Positions 1 to 9,920 of a stretch of DNA of 64,000 bases are shown in pieces. The notes below the pieces were generated by a model, which saw only the letters and a list, made by a program, of their open reading frames with translations, ran no database searches and was not told the DNA's origin. The translations under genes and the position numbers were made by a program. The stretch lies in IMG/VR virus record IMGVR_UViG_3300032167_003270, positions 32,001 to 96,000 of that record; one strand, given 5' to 3'. Source of the stretch: a virus (Duplodnaviria > Caudoviricetes). Position 1 is the stretch's first letter. The number at the start of each line of letters is the position of its first letter.

Positions 1-98
1 TGTACCATTAGGAAAATCTAATAACATATTTATTGATGCGTTTTTAGGAACACTACCTGGTTGAACACCGTGTTTGGTTAAATACCAATAGGTCATAA

Positions 99-446
99 TT
101 AGTACACCACACTTTCTATGTCATCTAATAAGGAACCAGGATGTTGCCAATCTACCATATCAAATAAATCTTCAGCACTTATATATTTGTTTTTATTATT
201 ACGATTAAATTCTTCACACATATCTTCAAAATCTTTCTTTGTGTAACAAGAACTTAATTCAATATCTCCATCATTATTAAGTCCACTATAGCAATATTCT
301 GGTACATAAATGATTTCGTCTGGATTACCAGATTCCCAATTAAAATCATAATTCTTATAACCATATCCTTGACCAATAAAATCTCTTGGAATAATTTTAG
401 TAAGTTCTTCTGGTGTTAATAATGACGCTTCTTTCTTTGTAATCAT
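99..446 (-). CDS. hypothetical protein
   Basis: 115 aa ORF in a tightly packed minus-strand operon. Confidence 0.7.
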   Translation of the reverse strand: MITKKEASLLTPEELTKIIPRDFIGQGYGYKNYDFNWESGNPDEIIYVPEYCYSGLNNDGDIELSSCYTKKDFEDMCEEFNRNNKNKYISAEDLFDMVDWQHPGSLLDDIESVVY

Positions 447-448
447 AC

Positions 449-670
449 TTACAACCCCCTTAATAACTCAACATTATTGCCTAATATAGGAACTGCTTTT
501 CTTAAAACGCTATCAAAGATTTGTTCAATTTCAACTATACTTTTATCCAAAATACAACTTATTTCTTTAAGAGATAATCTCTCATAATAAGTAAGGACAA
601 AGACAAGCCATTCAGTATTAGTAGAATTATTTTTTATTGTATTTAATTGTTGTATTAACTGTTCTCTCAT
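449..670 (-). CDS. stand-alone sigma-70 region 4-like HTH protein
   Basis: VFVLTYYERLSLKEISCILDKS resembles the FliA/ECF region 4 pattern LxYYEELTLKEIAxxL. Confidence 0.6.
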   Translation of the reverse strand: MREQLIQQLNTIKNNSTNTEWLVFVLTYYERLSLKEISCILDKSIVEIEQIFDSVLRKAVPILGNNVELLRGL

Positions 671-672
671 AA

Positions 673-882
673 TTATAATTCCTTTGTAACTGCTATACTT
701 AATAATACTTGAATTAACTCATCAAGTTCAAATTTCTTAATTACAATATCCAACATTTCTTCTGTACTGACTGAATTTAGAATTTCATTTGCAATACCAT
801 ATAGGTTTACATAATTATATCCATTCTTTTCATCTTTATATAGTTCTATTTCTTCCAAGCGTTCTTTAATAGACTTTTCCAT
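673..882 (-). CDS. hypothetical protein
   Basis: 69 aa ORF abutting its neighbours. Confidence 0.6.
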   Translation of the reverse strand: MEKSIKERLEEIELYKDEKNGYNYVNLYGIANEILNSVSTEEMLDIVIKKFELDELIQVLLSIAVTKEL

Positions 883-883
883 A

Positions 884-1357
884 CTAATCTTCCTTTCGTT
901 CTTGCATAAGTTTTAAATATTTATCACTATTAGATTTTAACATATTATACTCATTTTTGCTAATAATAACTATATCAAAACCACTTAAATTTTCAATGGA
1001 ATTAGTTTTAATCTCGTCTGTTTTCACTTCTTCTTCTTTGATTTCTTCCTTTATATCTTCTTTAACTTCTTCAACCTTTTCTGGTTCTTTATAGATTTTA
1101 AGTTTAGCCAAAGGAACTACAACACATAATCTACCATTATTAGTAAATTTATTTAATTTAGTCTTATCTTCAATTTCAAACGCAAATGTTGTATTCTTTA
1201 AGATTTCAATATCCTCATCAGATAAACCACCATAAATCTTTGCATTTCTATCATTAATGGAAGAGAATTTTAATAAATTAAGTCCATTAACAACTTTGTT
1301 ATAAGCAATTATAACATCTCTCTTTGAGTATCTTGGTTCAAAAACATCTGTAATCAT
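884..1357 (-). CDS. hypothetical protein
   Basis: 157 aa, GGAGG RBS upstream. Confidence 0.7.
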   Translation of the reverse strand: MITDVFEPRYSKRDVIIAYNKVVNGLNLLKFSSINDRNAKIYGGLSDEDIEILKNTTFAFEIEDKTKLNKFTNNGRLCVVVPLAKLKIYKEPEKVEEVKEDIKEEIKEEEVKTDEIKTNSIENLSGFDIVIISKNEYNMLKSNSDKYLKLMQERKED

Positions 1358-1387
1358 TTTTAATTTCCTCCTTATATCTTACAATTT

Positions 1388-1933
1388 TTAAAATTCAAAA
1401 TTTTGTTTAATTACATATTGTGTTTCTATATTTTGTGTTTCCACATATTGTGGTTGTGTATATTCTTCTTCTATATATTGTGTTTCTGTAAAGTTATTTT
1501 CAAATTCTTGATTTTGTTCTGCCAACTGTTGTTGTTGCTGTTGATAATATTGCATATATGGACATTGTTCACACATAATATGTGTTGTTTGTTCTATTGA
1601 TGTTTGTTCTTGAATAACATCTTGTTTTATTTCAAAATCATTTATTTCAAATAATGGTTCATAAGTAATTAGTTGATTTTCCCAATCTTTTTCTGTAAAA
1701 ATTTGTATTTCATCATTAGTAAATTGTACTCTTAATTCCCCTTGATTAATTTTAGTTTTTTTAAAAAAGCCACTAGATTTAACACAAGCACGATTATTTA
1801 ATGATAAAATTGTACCACTTCTGCTGTATTTTTTACTATTATGTAGACTACTATTATGAAAATTTTCCTTTTCTTTATCTAAACCTACATTCATATAAAT
1901 GATTTCTCCTACATCTAAATCCCAAAAGTTCAT
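1388..1933 (-). CDS. hypothetical protein with Gln/Glu-rich C-terminus
   Basis: 181 aa, AAAGGA RBS, poly-Q tract. Confidence 0.7.
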   Translation of the reverse strand: MNFWDLDVGEIIYMNVGLDKEKENFHNSSLHNSKKYSRSGTILSLNNRACVKSSGFFKKTKINQGELRVQFTNDEIQIFTEKDWENQLITYEPLFEINDFEIKQDVIQEQTSIEQTTHIMCEQCPYMQYYQQQQQQLAEQNQEFENNFTETQYIEEEYTQPQYVETQNIETQYVIKQNFEF

Positions 1934-1963
1934 ACTTTATCCTTTCTTCCTACCATTTTAATA

Positions 1964-2326
1964 TCACTCCTTATTTATATAAATAGCAAACTGACTATCT
2001 TTTGCATCAGTTGTTATACATTGTACTAATTCAGGTTCAATTTTCTTAATACTTTTAATTGTAGGACCATCAATAGTACCAACATTTCTACCTTTATAAA
2101 AATCAAATTCTTGATAAATGCCCTCTGCGTCAATAGTATACATTTTACCATTGATAAAAACATTCCATTGATGTGTATTAGAACATTTAACATATCCATT
2201 ACTGAATTTTATCTCATACATATTATAAGATAATTTCACATCAGTTTTATCAATAACTTTATGCCAATTACCATCAGTACCTAATATTCTATCTCCTATT
2301 TTTATATCACTAATTGCTTTTTTCAT
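1964..2326 (-). CDS. free-standing Hint (intein) core lacking block A and block G; class-3-like
   Basis: ISDIKIGDRILGTDGNWHKV, block B KCSNTHQW, block F LVQCITTD; no N-terminal nucleophile strand, no terminal HN. Confidence 0.85.
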   Translation of the reverse strand: MKKAISDIKIGDRILGTDGNWHKVIDKTDVKLSYNMYEIKFSNGYVKCSNTHQWNVFINGKMYTIDAEGIYQEFDFYKGRNVGTIDGPTIKSIKKIEPELVQCITTDAKDSQFAIYINKE

Positions 2327-2378
2327 AATTTCCTTTCTTTTTTATAAAAAATTTTCCCCTATATTTCATATAAGGTAT

Positions 2379-2855
2379 TTACATTAGTTCCAACTTGTTA
2401 CAATAAATAGTATAGTATGGTGTTTCTTCTAATTTTGTATCAACAACACTATACATATTTCCGTCATATTCAACAGAGTTTATATTATATATTGCATATA
2501 ATACTAAATCTTCGTGATTAAAAGGACAATAATCTTCAAATTGAGTAGGACTTGTAACTATTCCATTTCTAGTTAGTTTACATAACTCATTTATTCTTTC
2601 TCCTAATAATACACAAACAGAGTCCATTAAATCTTTATAATCTCTTCTACTAACACCAAAACTAAATGCCTCATATTTCAACCATTCAAAATCATATTGC
2701 ATATCACTTAATACTTTTAAATCTTTTACACACTTATTAAATGCGTCAGTTTCACTTTCAAATACTCTTGATGTTGCATCAAGATAATATTCATACAAAT
2801 CACTTGGATTATCTTGTGATTGAATTAGTTTTGTTAATAATACTGCTTTATCCAT
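2379..2855 (-). CDS. hypothetical protein
   Basis: 158 aa, AGGAG RBS, upstream promoter motif. Confidence 0.7.
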   Translation of the reverse strand: MDKAVLLTKLIQSQDNPSDLYEYYLDATSRVFESETDAFNKCVKDLKVLSDMQYDFEWLKYEAFSFGVSRRDYKDLMDSVCVLLGERINELCKLTRNGIVTSPTQFEDYCPFNHEDLVLYAIYNINSVEYDGNMYSVVDTKLEETPYYTIYCNKLELM

Positions 2856-2908
2856 AATTATTCTCCTTTCTTATATAATTAAATAGTTCATATCAAAAAA
2901 GAGATACC

Positions 2909-3193
2909 TTATAGAGTATCTCCTTTTGAATTAGAACATAAATGTTCAATTTGTGTCCAAATTAACATATAAATATATACATCTTCAATTTTATCAACAT
3001 TATAAATTCTACTTATCCTATATAATAAGTTTTTTAATTCATAATTATCAATAAATTGAATAGTATTTTGTATTTCTTTTATGCAATCTTCCACAATTTG
3101 TTGTTCAATATCCGATAAATTATCCCAAATGATACCCTCAAATTTCATACATTCGGAGTAATTCATTTTTAATATATCTTCTATTTCAAACAT
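2909..3193 (-). CDS. hypothetical protein
   Basis: 94 aa ORF. Confidence 0.6.
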   Translation of the reverse strand: MFEIEDILKMNYSECMKFEGIIWDNLSDIEQQIVEDCIKEIQNTIQFIDNYELKNLLYRISRIYNVDKIEDVYIYMLIWTQIEHLCSNSKGDTL

Positions 3194-3208
3194 AGTATCA
3201 CTATCCCT

Positions 3209-3673
3209 TTAATCTAAAAAATACTCAACAGTTGTACAATACTTCTCCAACACAATTAAAAGGTTCTTATCTTGATATAAATAATAATCATTGTGTTCAG
3301 TATGAATATCATCTACTTGAATATCGTCTTCATCATATTCATCAAAATTAACATAAGCATTTTTAAATGTTCTTTCTACTAACTTACTGATATTCTTATA
3401 CAATATGTCTATTGCTTCATCAGGGTCAATCATTCGGTTAGTTTCAATATAAATATTTTCATAATCACAAGTAATATAATGCTTAAAATAAGGCAAATAG
3501 CTTTCACTAATTGCGTCTTTAAGAGAATTAGTCATTGTATAATTATCGTCTAAATACTTATCTAATGCGTCAAAAATTGCATTATCATACTCTTCTTCTG
3601 TAAAACTACATAATACATTAACATTACTAATAGTCATAATAAACATCTCCCTTATATTGTAATATCCCCTCAT
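3209..3673 (-). CDS. hypothetical acidic protein (true start probably about 10 codons downstream)
   Basis: ORF; GGGAG RBS lies inside the annotated 5' end. Confidence 0.6.
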   Translation of the reverse strand: MRGYYNIREMFIMTISNVNVLCSFTEEEYDNAIFDALDKYLDDNYTMTNSLKDAISESYLPYFKHYITCDYENIYIETNRMIDPDEAIDILYKNISKLVERTFKNAYVNFDEYDEDDIQVDDIHTEHNDYYLYQDKNLLIVLEKYCTTVEYFLD

Positions 3674-3686
3674 TAAGAGGGGATAT
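3662..3686 (-). terminator. stem-loop downstream of PARP gene
   Basis: ATATCCCCTC-ATTAA-GAGGGGATAT inverted repeat. Confidence 0.5.
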
Positions 3687-3694
3687 ATAATTTA

Positions 3695-4915
3695 TTAGTT
3701 TGTAATTTCTACAAGATACTTAATAGTACACTGTTCTTCCTTATAAATAACAATCTCGTCATTACGCAACATACTACCAGCGTGTGCGTGTAAACAATTT
3801 GCACCAGGACAGTAATCCTGCAACTTATTGTAATTTAAGGAATAATACTTACTGTCAAATGAGTGGACATTATAAGGCTTACCATATGCTACTTGCATAA
3901 CTGCCATATATGCCTTATTCTCACTACCACTTGCCCAATAAGAACCACTTAATGATGTATAACCAATACTCTTCTGTGCTTTAGGGGCAAAATAAGTACC
4001 AATACCAAACATCTTACCTGTAATTACTGCGTTTACAGGTCGTAATACTAAACCTGTATTGATAATTGACCACCAATTCTCATTACGAGAACCGTGCCAT
4101 AATTCCTTAATATCTGTAATATTCTCATTAGCAATGAAATCGTCAAATCTCTTCTGTGTCTTATTATTTGTAACTTTCCAAGCCTTACTGAACTTCTTCG
4201 CACTTTCTCCTAAAAGTTCCTTAATATGCTTGATTTCATCATCTGTTACTTCTGCAAATTCTAACCCCATTGCCTCAAGGATAGTCTGTGTTGCATTATT
4301 CTCTGTATTATCATCTTCTTCTTCCATTGCAACCTGTACTACCTGTGTTTTCATAACATCAAGCAAGTCCTGCTCGTGTTTCATAATAGAATCAAAGTTG
4401 TCCTTTGACTTTGCAAGATAATCATTAACATTTGCCATCTTACGAGGGATAATACCAAATAATACAAGCAAATCGTCATTAAATTTCTTTAATGTAACCT
4501 TATCCAAAGACTTATTCATCTCGTCAATCTTATTCTGTGCCTTATCTACCATAGCCTGTGTAACTTCTCCAGCACCAACCTTATAGTTCTTCTGGATAGT
4601 CTTTTTTGCTCTGTCCTGTAAATAATCTACAATAGCCTTAATTGACTTATTTTCAATTTCCTTATATTCCTTATCTGTCTTTGGCTTTACTTCCTTAATT
4701 AAGTCATCCATTAAATCGGACTGGTCAACATAACCTTTCTTGACCTTTTCATTATATTTCTTATTCCAATCTCTCATTGGATAAGACGCTCTCTGTGGAT
4801 TTGCACCCACTCTACCAAATTCAACATTAAAAGTATCGCCATTAGGTATCATTCTGTAATACTTGTTATTGTTATTGGCTGTAACCATAACAAGATAAGT
4901 TGGTCTGTAATTCAT
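3695..4915 (-). CDS. WGR-domain poly(ADP-ribose) polymerase-like ADP-ribosyltransferase
   Basis: WGR-like NNNKYY...FGRVG...YNEKVKKGY; regulatory helix LFGIIPRKM; catalytic WHGS, GKMFGIGTYFA, NDEIVIY (H-Y-E triad). Confidence 0.9.
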   Translation of the reverse strand: MNYRPTYLVMVTANNNNKYYRMIPNGDTFNVEFGRVGANPQRASYPMRDWNKKYNEKVKKGYVDQSDLMDDLIKEVKPKTDKEYKEIENKSIKAIVDYLQDRAKKTIQKNYKVGAGEVTQAMVDKAQNKIDEMNKSLDKVTLKKFNDDLLVLFGIIPRKMANVNDYLAKSKDNFDSIMKHEQDLLDVMKTQVVQVAMEEEDDNTENNATQTILEAMGLEFAEVTDDEIKHIKELLGESAKKFSKAWKVTNNKTQKRFDDFIANENITDIKELWHGSRNENWWSIINTGLVLRPVNAVITGKMFGIGTYFAPKAQKSIGYTSLSGSYWASGSENKAYMAVMQVAYGKPYNVHSFDSKYYSLNYNKLQDYCPGANCLHAHAGSMLRNDEIVIYKEEQCTIKYLVEITN

Positions 4916-4943
4916 AATTTTTCTCTCCTTTATATCTTACAAT

Positions 4944-5501
4944 TTACATAATTTCTACTGGTGTTGTAATAGGTGTTACAAATTTACCACCCTTTGAGCC
5001 ACAATCAATTTGATAATTTGAAACCCAATATTTAATATTATTACGTTTTGCCTCAAGTCTAATATCCTTATCAAATCTTGAACGCAAAAAACCGTCTTTT
5101 GGAGTTTCAATATAAGCGTGGATAGATGAATCATCTCCCACAATATCTCTATCCATATAGATAGTGTGATGTTTCTCATAGTCTGCAACTGATTCCAAAA
5201 ACCAATCAATCTCGTCATCAATAGTACCTAATGACTTTAATTTGAAAGTCTTTAATACAGAACGTCTATCATATGAGTATTCGTGTTCTGTAATAAGATT
5301 TAGATTTGCAGTACAACCAGCAAGTACAACCTGCATTGTGTCTATAATTTCTAACATCTCGTCAGCACTCATATACTTGCCCTTTAATTCATCATAAATA
5401 ATACTAGGCATTTCTAAAATTGTGCTTGTTTCAATTTCTTCCATTTTCCAACCCAAAGGGGCTGAACTATCTGGAATAGGTTTTACAATTATCTGTACCA
5501 T
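4944..5501 (-). CDS. PARP-associated hypothetical protein (paralog of 7170-7721)
   Basis: shares GTIDDEIDxxL, VADYEKxHTI, GDDxSIHAYIETPK, RLEAKRNNIKYW with 7170-7721. Confidence 0.8.
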   Translation of the reverse strand: MVQIIVKPIPDSSAPLGWKMEEIETSTILEMPSIIYDELKGKYMSADEMLEIIDTMQVVLAGCTANLNLITEHEYSYDRRSVLKTFKLKSLGTIDDEIDWFLESVADYEKHHTIYMDRDIVGDDSSIHAYIETPKDGFLRSRFDKDIRLEAKRNNIKYWVSNYQIDCGSKGGKFVTPITTPVEIM

Positions 5502-5527
5502 TTAATTACCTCCCTTAATATAATTAT

Positions 5528-5556
5528 ATTATATCAAATTTATAGTAATTTGTAAA
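5528..5556 (-). promoter_or_regulatory. sigma-A type promoter
   Basis: TTTACA-17 nt-TATAAT upstream of 5501. Confidence 0.7.
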
Positions 5557-5585
5557 TAGTATTTTTAATAAATTTTAGAATAAAT

Positions 5586-6800
5586 TTAAACTGAAAATTC
5601 AATTAAATATCTACAAGCGACTTGATTTTGATTATATACAATAACCTCATCACGCTTTAAATATCCCCCTGCGTGTGCATAAATAGAATGATAACCTAAA
5701 TCAGCTTGACTAAATTTATCTCCGTCTAAATTATAAATGCTTATATTACCATATTTATCATAATTATCCTTACAATCAAACACATTTCCAACAATAACAG
5801 CATTTAAAAACATATATGCTGTTCTTTTATAACCACCTTTCCAATAAGAACCTGCAATACTTGTATATCCACTAGCTTTATCAGCATTAGGTGCATTATA
5901 AATACCAACACCAAAAGCAGAACCACAATGAGAGGCATTTGACGGTTTTATAAGTAATCCTGTGGAAAGAATTGATAATAAGTTTTCTTCTCCTGTACCG
6001 TGCCAATAGAATTTAACATTTGTATCATTGTTTTTAAGATTATTATTCTCTAAATATTCAAGAAAACCTTGTTCTCTTGATGGAGTAGATACTTTAAATA
6101 CTCTATTAACAGAAAATCTAGTAAATCCATCTTTTGCTAATCTATCTTTTATAAAATCAACCTCTTGTGGTGTTGCTTTAGCAATATCAAATCCAAATAC
6201 CTCTGGAATTGTTTGACCTGCTTTTGTTGGTTGTTTCTTCTCTAAAATAACAATATTATCTAATAATGACTGTTCACGAACAATTTTTTGATTCATTCTA
6301 TTAACATCCCAAGTTTGTATTAAATAATCTTGTACTCTTGACATTGTTCTAGGAACAAGTTTAAATAATTCTATTAAATGCTGATTAAAATTATTTAATT
6401 CTGTAACTGTTCCATTTCCTGTATTAACAATTACTGTCATTTTATTTAAATGGTCTTGAAATTCAGACGCTTTTGCAGTTGATAATTGTTTTACATTAGT
6501 TGTATTACTTACAAATTGTCTTGAATTTTGTAAAAATGTTTCTACTAATGTGTTTAATTCCGAATCAGTCAAAGCAGTATAACCAATAACTTGTTTATTA
6601 TTATCTGTTATGTCTGTATATCCTTTTTTAACCTTTGCATTATATTGTGCGTTCCATTTAGACATAGGATAATCAATTCTAGTACCATCAGTACCAACTC
6701 TACCATAATGAGCAGTAAAAGTACCATCTCCATTATCGTGCATATTATAAAATTTATTATTGTTTGCTGCTGTAACCATAATAAGTTTTACATCTTCCAT
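5586..6800 (-). CDS. second WGR-domain PARP-like ADP-ribosyltransferase
   Basis: MVTAANNNKFY...YGRVG...KVKKGY; WHGT, GSAFGVGIYNA, RDEVIVY; start placed at MEDVKL (6800) after AAGGGGG RBS. Confidence 0.9.
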   Translation of the reverse strand: MEDVKLIMVTAANNNKFYNMHDNGDGTFTAHYGRVGTDGTRIDYPMSKWNAQYNAKVKKGYTDITDNNKQVIGYTALTDSELNTLVETFLQNSRQFVSNTTNVKQLSTAKASEFQDHLNKMTVIVNTGNGTVTELNNFNQHLIELFKLVPRTMSRVQDYLIQTWDVNRMNQKIVREQSLLDNIVILEKKQPTKAGQTIPEVFGFDIAKATPQEVDFIKDRLAKDGFTRFSVNRVFKVSTPSREQGFLEYLENNNLKNNDTNVKFYWHGTGEENLLSILSTGLLIKPSNASHCGSAFGVGIYNAPNADKASGYTSIAGSYWKGGYKRTAYMFLNAVIVGNVFDCKDNYDKYGNISIYNLDGDKFSQADLGYHSIYAHAGGYLKRDEVIVYNQNQVACRYLIEFSV

Positions 6801-6814
6801 AATAAGCCCCCTTA

Positions 6815-7105
6815 TTATTTCTTCATATCCCAACTAATATCTGGACTTATTTCAACTTCATAAGTTTGTCCATTTTTAAAATTCTTTTCTTCTGTAATTT
6901 GTGGATTGATTGTGAAGTTTACATAATGTTGCATTATATATTTTTTATCTACTAAACAATCTTCCACATCTATTGCCTTTTCGACATTTTCTAATAATAA
7001 TGGATGTATTTTTCCAATTATTAAGGCTGTTCTGTTTTTCTTAAATTCTTCAATATTTGTTTTGTATAATTCTTGTAAATCATTAAATAATTCTTTATCT
7101 ATCAT
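6815..7105 (-). CDS. hypothetical protein
   Basis: 96 aa, AAAGGAA RBS. Confidence 0.6.
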   Translation of the reverse strand: MIDKELFNDLQELYKTNIEEFKKNRTALIIGKIHPLLLENVEKAIDVEDCLVDKKYIMQHYVNFTINPQITEEKNFKNGQTYEVEISPDISWDMKK

Positions 7106-7131
7106 AATATATAATTCCTTTCTTGTAAAAT

Positions 7132-7164
7132 AAAAAAGGTCTAATTATAAAAACTAGACCTTTT
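7132..7164 (-). terminator. intrinsic terminator
   Basis: AAGGTCTA...TAGACCTT hairpin followed by a T-run on the minus strand. Confidence 0.6.
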
Positions 7165-7169
7165 AAATA

Positions 7170-7721
7170 TTAAATTTCAATAGGTGTTCCAATAGGTCTA
7201 ATAAAGACACCACCTGCTGTACCTGTGGCGATTTTATAATCTTCAATCCAATATTTGATATTATTTCTTTTTGCCTCAAGTCTAACTGACCTATCAAATT
7301 GTGCTCTAACTTTACCATTTTTAGGTGTTTCAATATATGCGTGAATTGATGTATCATCTCCAACAACATCTCTACCCATTTCAATAGTATGATATTTTTC
7401 ATAATCAGCAACATTATCTAAAAGAAAATCAATTTCATCATCAATAGTACCAATACTATCTCTTAAAAGAATTGATTTTAACACACTATTTTTATCAAAA
7501 TATGTGTTATTTACCATATTAAGACTGTCAGTTACACCTGCTAATGCAATTTGTAAAGTACCAACCAATTCTAACATATCATCTGCTTTTATATATTTAC
7601 CATTCATTTCTTCATAAATACATTCAGGCATATCTAATACTTTTCCTGATTTAGTATCTTCAATTTCCCAACCAATAGCAGACACACTAGATTTTCTCAC
7701 TTTAAAAATACTTTGTACCAT
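7170..7721 (-). CDS. PARP-associated hypothetical protein (paralog of 4944-5501)
   Basis: strong similarity to 4944-5501. Confidence 0.8.
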   Translation of the reverse strand: MVQSIFKVRKSSVSAIGWEIEDTKSGKVLDMPECIYEEMNGKYIKADDMLELVGTLQIALAGVTDSLNMVNNTYFDKNSVLKSILLRDSIGTIDDEIDFLLDNVADYEKYHTIEMGRDVVGDDTSIHAYIETPKNGKVRAQFDRSVRLEAKRNNIKYWIEDYKIATGTAGGVFIRPIGTPIEI

Positions 7722-7735
7722 TGTTATATACCCCC

Positions 7736-8245
7736 TTAACCGTGCATATCCATTAAGTATACCATATAATGCTCAATTACTCTTCTTGCGAAATTTCTAT
7801 TAGAAGAATCAGATTTAAATTGATATTTATATTCGTCAATAATCATTTTATGTGATTCTGAATGTTCCAATATAACTCTATTTACATCTGAATGACGATG
7901 ATTCATAAAATCGTCTATATCTTGTTCGGTATCTAAATCTCCACTATAATCAATTTTTTGAATAAACTCTTCTTTTGTCATATTTAAACATTTTAATATA
8001 AAATCTAATTTTTGTTTAGGTTGCTCTTTATATATAGAGAGCATAAGTGCTGAAATCCAATTATCGCCATAGCGATACTCAAAATATAATTTATATACAT
8101 CTTTTTCATTTCGTTCTGTATCAGAAAATACAAAATTCCCATTTTCCTCATAAATATAACCTATTGACGGATGTGCTATTACCATTTCCATATAGGCATC
8201 TAAAAATTGGTCAATACTTTCGTCACAAATTTCTAAATAATTCAT
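7736..8245 (-). CDS. hypothetical protein
   Basis: 169 aa, GGGGG RBS. Confidence 0.7.
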   Translation of the reverse strand: MNYLEICDESIDQFLDAYMEMVIAHPSIGYIYEENGNFVFSDTERNEKDVYKLYFEYRYGDNWISALMLSIYKEQPKQKLDFILKCLNMTKEEFIQKIDYSGDLDTEQDIDDFMNHRHSDVNRVILEHSESHKMIIDEYKYQFKSDSSNRNFARRVIEHYMVYLMDMHG

Positions 8246-8306
8246 ATTAAACCCCCATTTATATAAATTATAGGGAGTTCTAAATATATAGAACTCCCCC
8301 TAATTC

Positions 8307-9440
8307 TTAATTAAGTTTATCAATAGTATTCTCAATATCCTTAACATATTTCTTGAAAGTATCAATATCTTCAATCATAGTAATAGTCATTTCTAAAGCC
8401 TTTCTTAAATCAGCTTTAGTATTGATATTTTTATTATAACGAAGTGTTTCATCATCAGTTGTAATACTAAATTTATACTTATATGATTTATCAGCAGGGT
8501 CTTCTTTCTCAATAACGATAATCTTCTCTGCATTTTCAGTTTCAGTAGCCTTTGTATAAATTTCAATAGTTGTTACAGTTTCAACTCCGTCTGTAAATAC
8601 AGTATCGGACTCTGCTTTAAGGTCTTTAGAAGATTCATTAAAATCAATAACAAAATCATTATTGATAAATGTAATCATTTCAGAACGCTTTTTAAGGAAA
8701 GCCTCTTTATCTGTTCCTGTTAAGAATGTGATAAGACCATTGATATAATCTTCAAGACCTGTATCATCTGGTGTTACTGCTTTCATAACTTTAGAGTTAC
8801 TACGAGCAATAGAATATTTTGTTCTAGGAATTTTTACAACTGTTGGTTCAACAGGAATACCTAATTCCTCTGCCACTTTCTCATAAAATGCAGTATATTC
8901 AGACTCATATTCTTTCTTAACCTTTAAATAATCTGGCTTATGTTCCATAGAACCTGTTAATTCTGTTTTATGTTCTTTATCAAATTCATAAAGATATTTA
9001 TATAAAGAAACTGCGTCTGATAATGACGGAGTTAAATCAGGAGTATAACCTGCAAAGAACTTCATTTCGTCAATATCTCCTAAATCTACTGGACCTGAAA
9101 TAACATTACATTTATCAGGATTAGCCTCTCTCCAATCTCTCTTTCTCTTTTCTAATTCTTTAAGTTGTGGACCGTATTTACGCTCTCTTTCTTCCTTTGT
9201 AATTTTCTCTGTCCAAGTGTCTTTAAGCATTACATCATATTCTTCTGAATGATAATTACAAGCACTATCTAATTGGAAAATTTTATCCTTATAATAATTT
9301 TGAGCATCTCTTAAAATATTATAGATAAGTGTTGTGGTAGGAGAATAAGTACCATCTCCGTTATCTTGGAAATATCTATTATCAATATTTCCTGTAAGTG
9401 TAAGTTTTTTGTCTTTTAAAGTTTCTAATACTTTTCCCAT
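8307..9440 (-). CDS. hypothetical protein with the window's shared C-terminal domain
   Basis: C-terminal IEIYTK...IIVIEK...YKYKF...LRKALEMTITMIE...YVKDIENTI. Confidence 0.8.
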   Translation of the reverse strand: MGKVLETLKDKKLTLTGNIDNRYFQDNGDGTYSPTTTLIYNILRDAQNYYKDKIFQLDSACNYHSEEYDVMLKDTWTEKITKEERERKYGPQLKELEKRKRDWREANPDKCNVISGPVDLGDIDEMKFFAGYTPDLTPSLSDAVSLYKYLYEFDKEHKTELTGSMEHKPDYLKVKKEYESEYTAFYEKVAEELGIPVEPTVVKIPRTKYSIARSNSKVMKAVTPDDTGLEDYINGLITFLTGTDKEAFLKKRSEMITFINNDFVIDFNESSKDLKAESDTVFTDGVETVTTIEIYTKATETENAEKIIVIEKEDPADKSYKYKFSITTDDETLRYNKNINTKADLRKALEMTITMIEDIDTFKKYVKDIENTIDKLN

Positions 9441-9477
9441 TTTTTAATCTCCTTTAATATATAATAATTTTAATCAA

Positions 9478-9810
9478 TTAAAAATTGATAACTCTAGGGT
9501 ATCTAACTGATTCATAAATAAGTTTCTCTGGACCTAAAACCCAATTAGATAGATTAGGTAAACTTTCTCCCTTTTCTAATTCTCCAATTTCACTTCTATT
9601 ATGAACCCCATATAAATAATATAATTTGTTTTCTGATAAGGTTGCCATTATGTTCCATCGTTCATTTTCTAGTACACCTACTACTGAATGACCATTATCT
9701 ACTATAATTAGTAAATCACACATATGGTCAGAACCATATCGAGATAAGGTTTCTGATAAATCTTGAATGTCTTTAAATTCAAAAATTTTATTATCTAAAA
9801 AACCAATCAT
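9478..9810 (-). CDS. hypothetical protein
   Basis: 110 aa, GGAGG RBS. Confidence 0.65.
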   Translation of the reverse strand: MIGFLDNKIFEFKDIQDLSETLSRYGSDHMCDLLIIVDNGHSVVGVLENERWNIMATLSENKLYYLYGVHNRSEIGELEKGESLPNLSNWVLGPEKLIYESVRYPRVINF

Positions 9811-9835
9811 TTCTCCATCCTCCCTTTTATTTTTA

Positions 9836-9913
9836 TAGAAAAAGTGAAAATAACCTATACATTTAGTATAAGTTATTTTTCACATCCATTCTATTATAAT
9901 TAAATAGTGCTTT
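9836..9913 (-). promoter_or_regulatory. element-specific promoter plus leader hairpin
   Basis: AAGCACTATTTAATTATAAT followed by GTGAAAAATAACTTATAC...GTATAGGTTATTTTCAC and a T-run. Confidence 0.65.
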
Positions 9914-9920
9914 ATTATAG

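Noticed and set aside
1388-1933. N-terminus WDLDVGEII and FHNS/LHNS as an intein fragment
   Set aside because: No block B or F context and the spacing is incompatible with a Hint fold; likely coincidence
4944-7721. C-terminal tails TPITTPVEIM and RPIGTPIEI as IntN tags for the orphan Hint core
   Set aside because: The register does not place C/S/A/P plus a hydrophobic residue at block A positions 1-2, and no split catalytic motif precedes them
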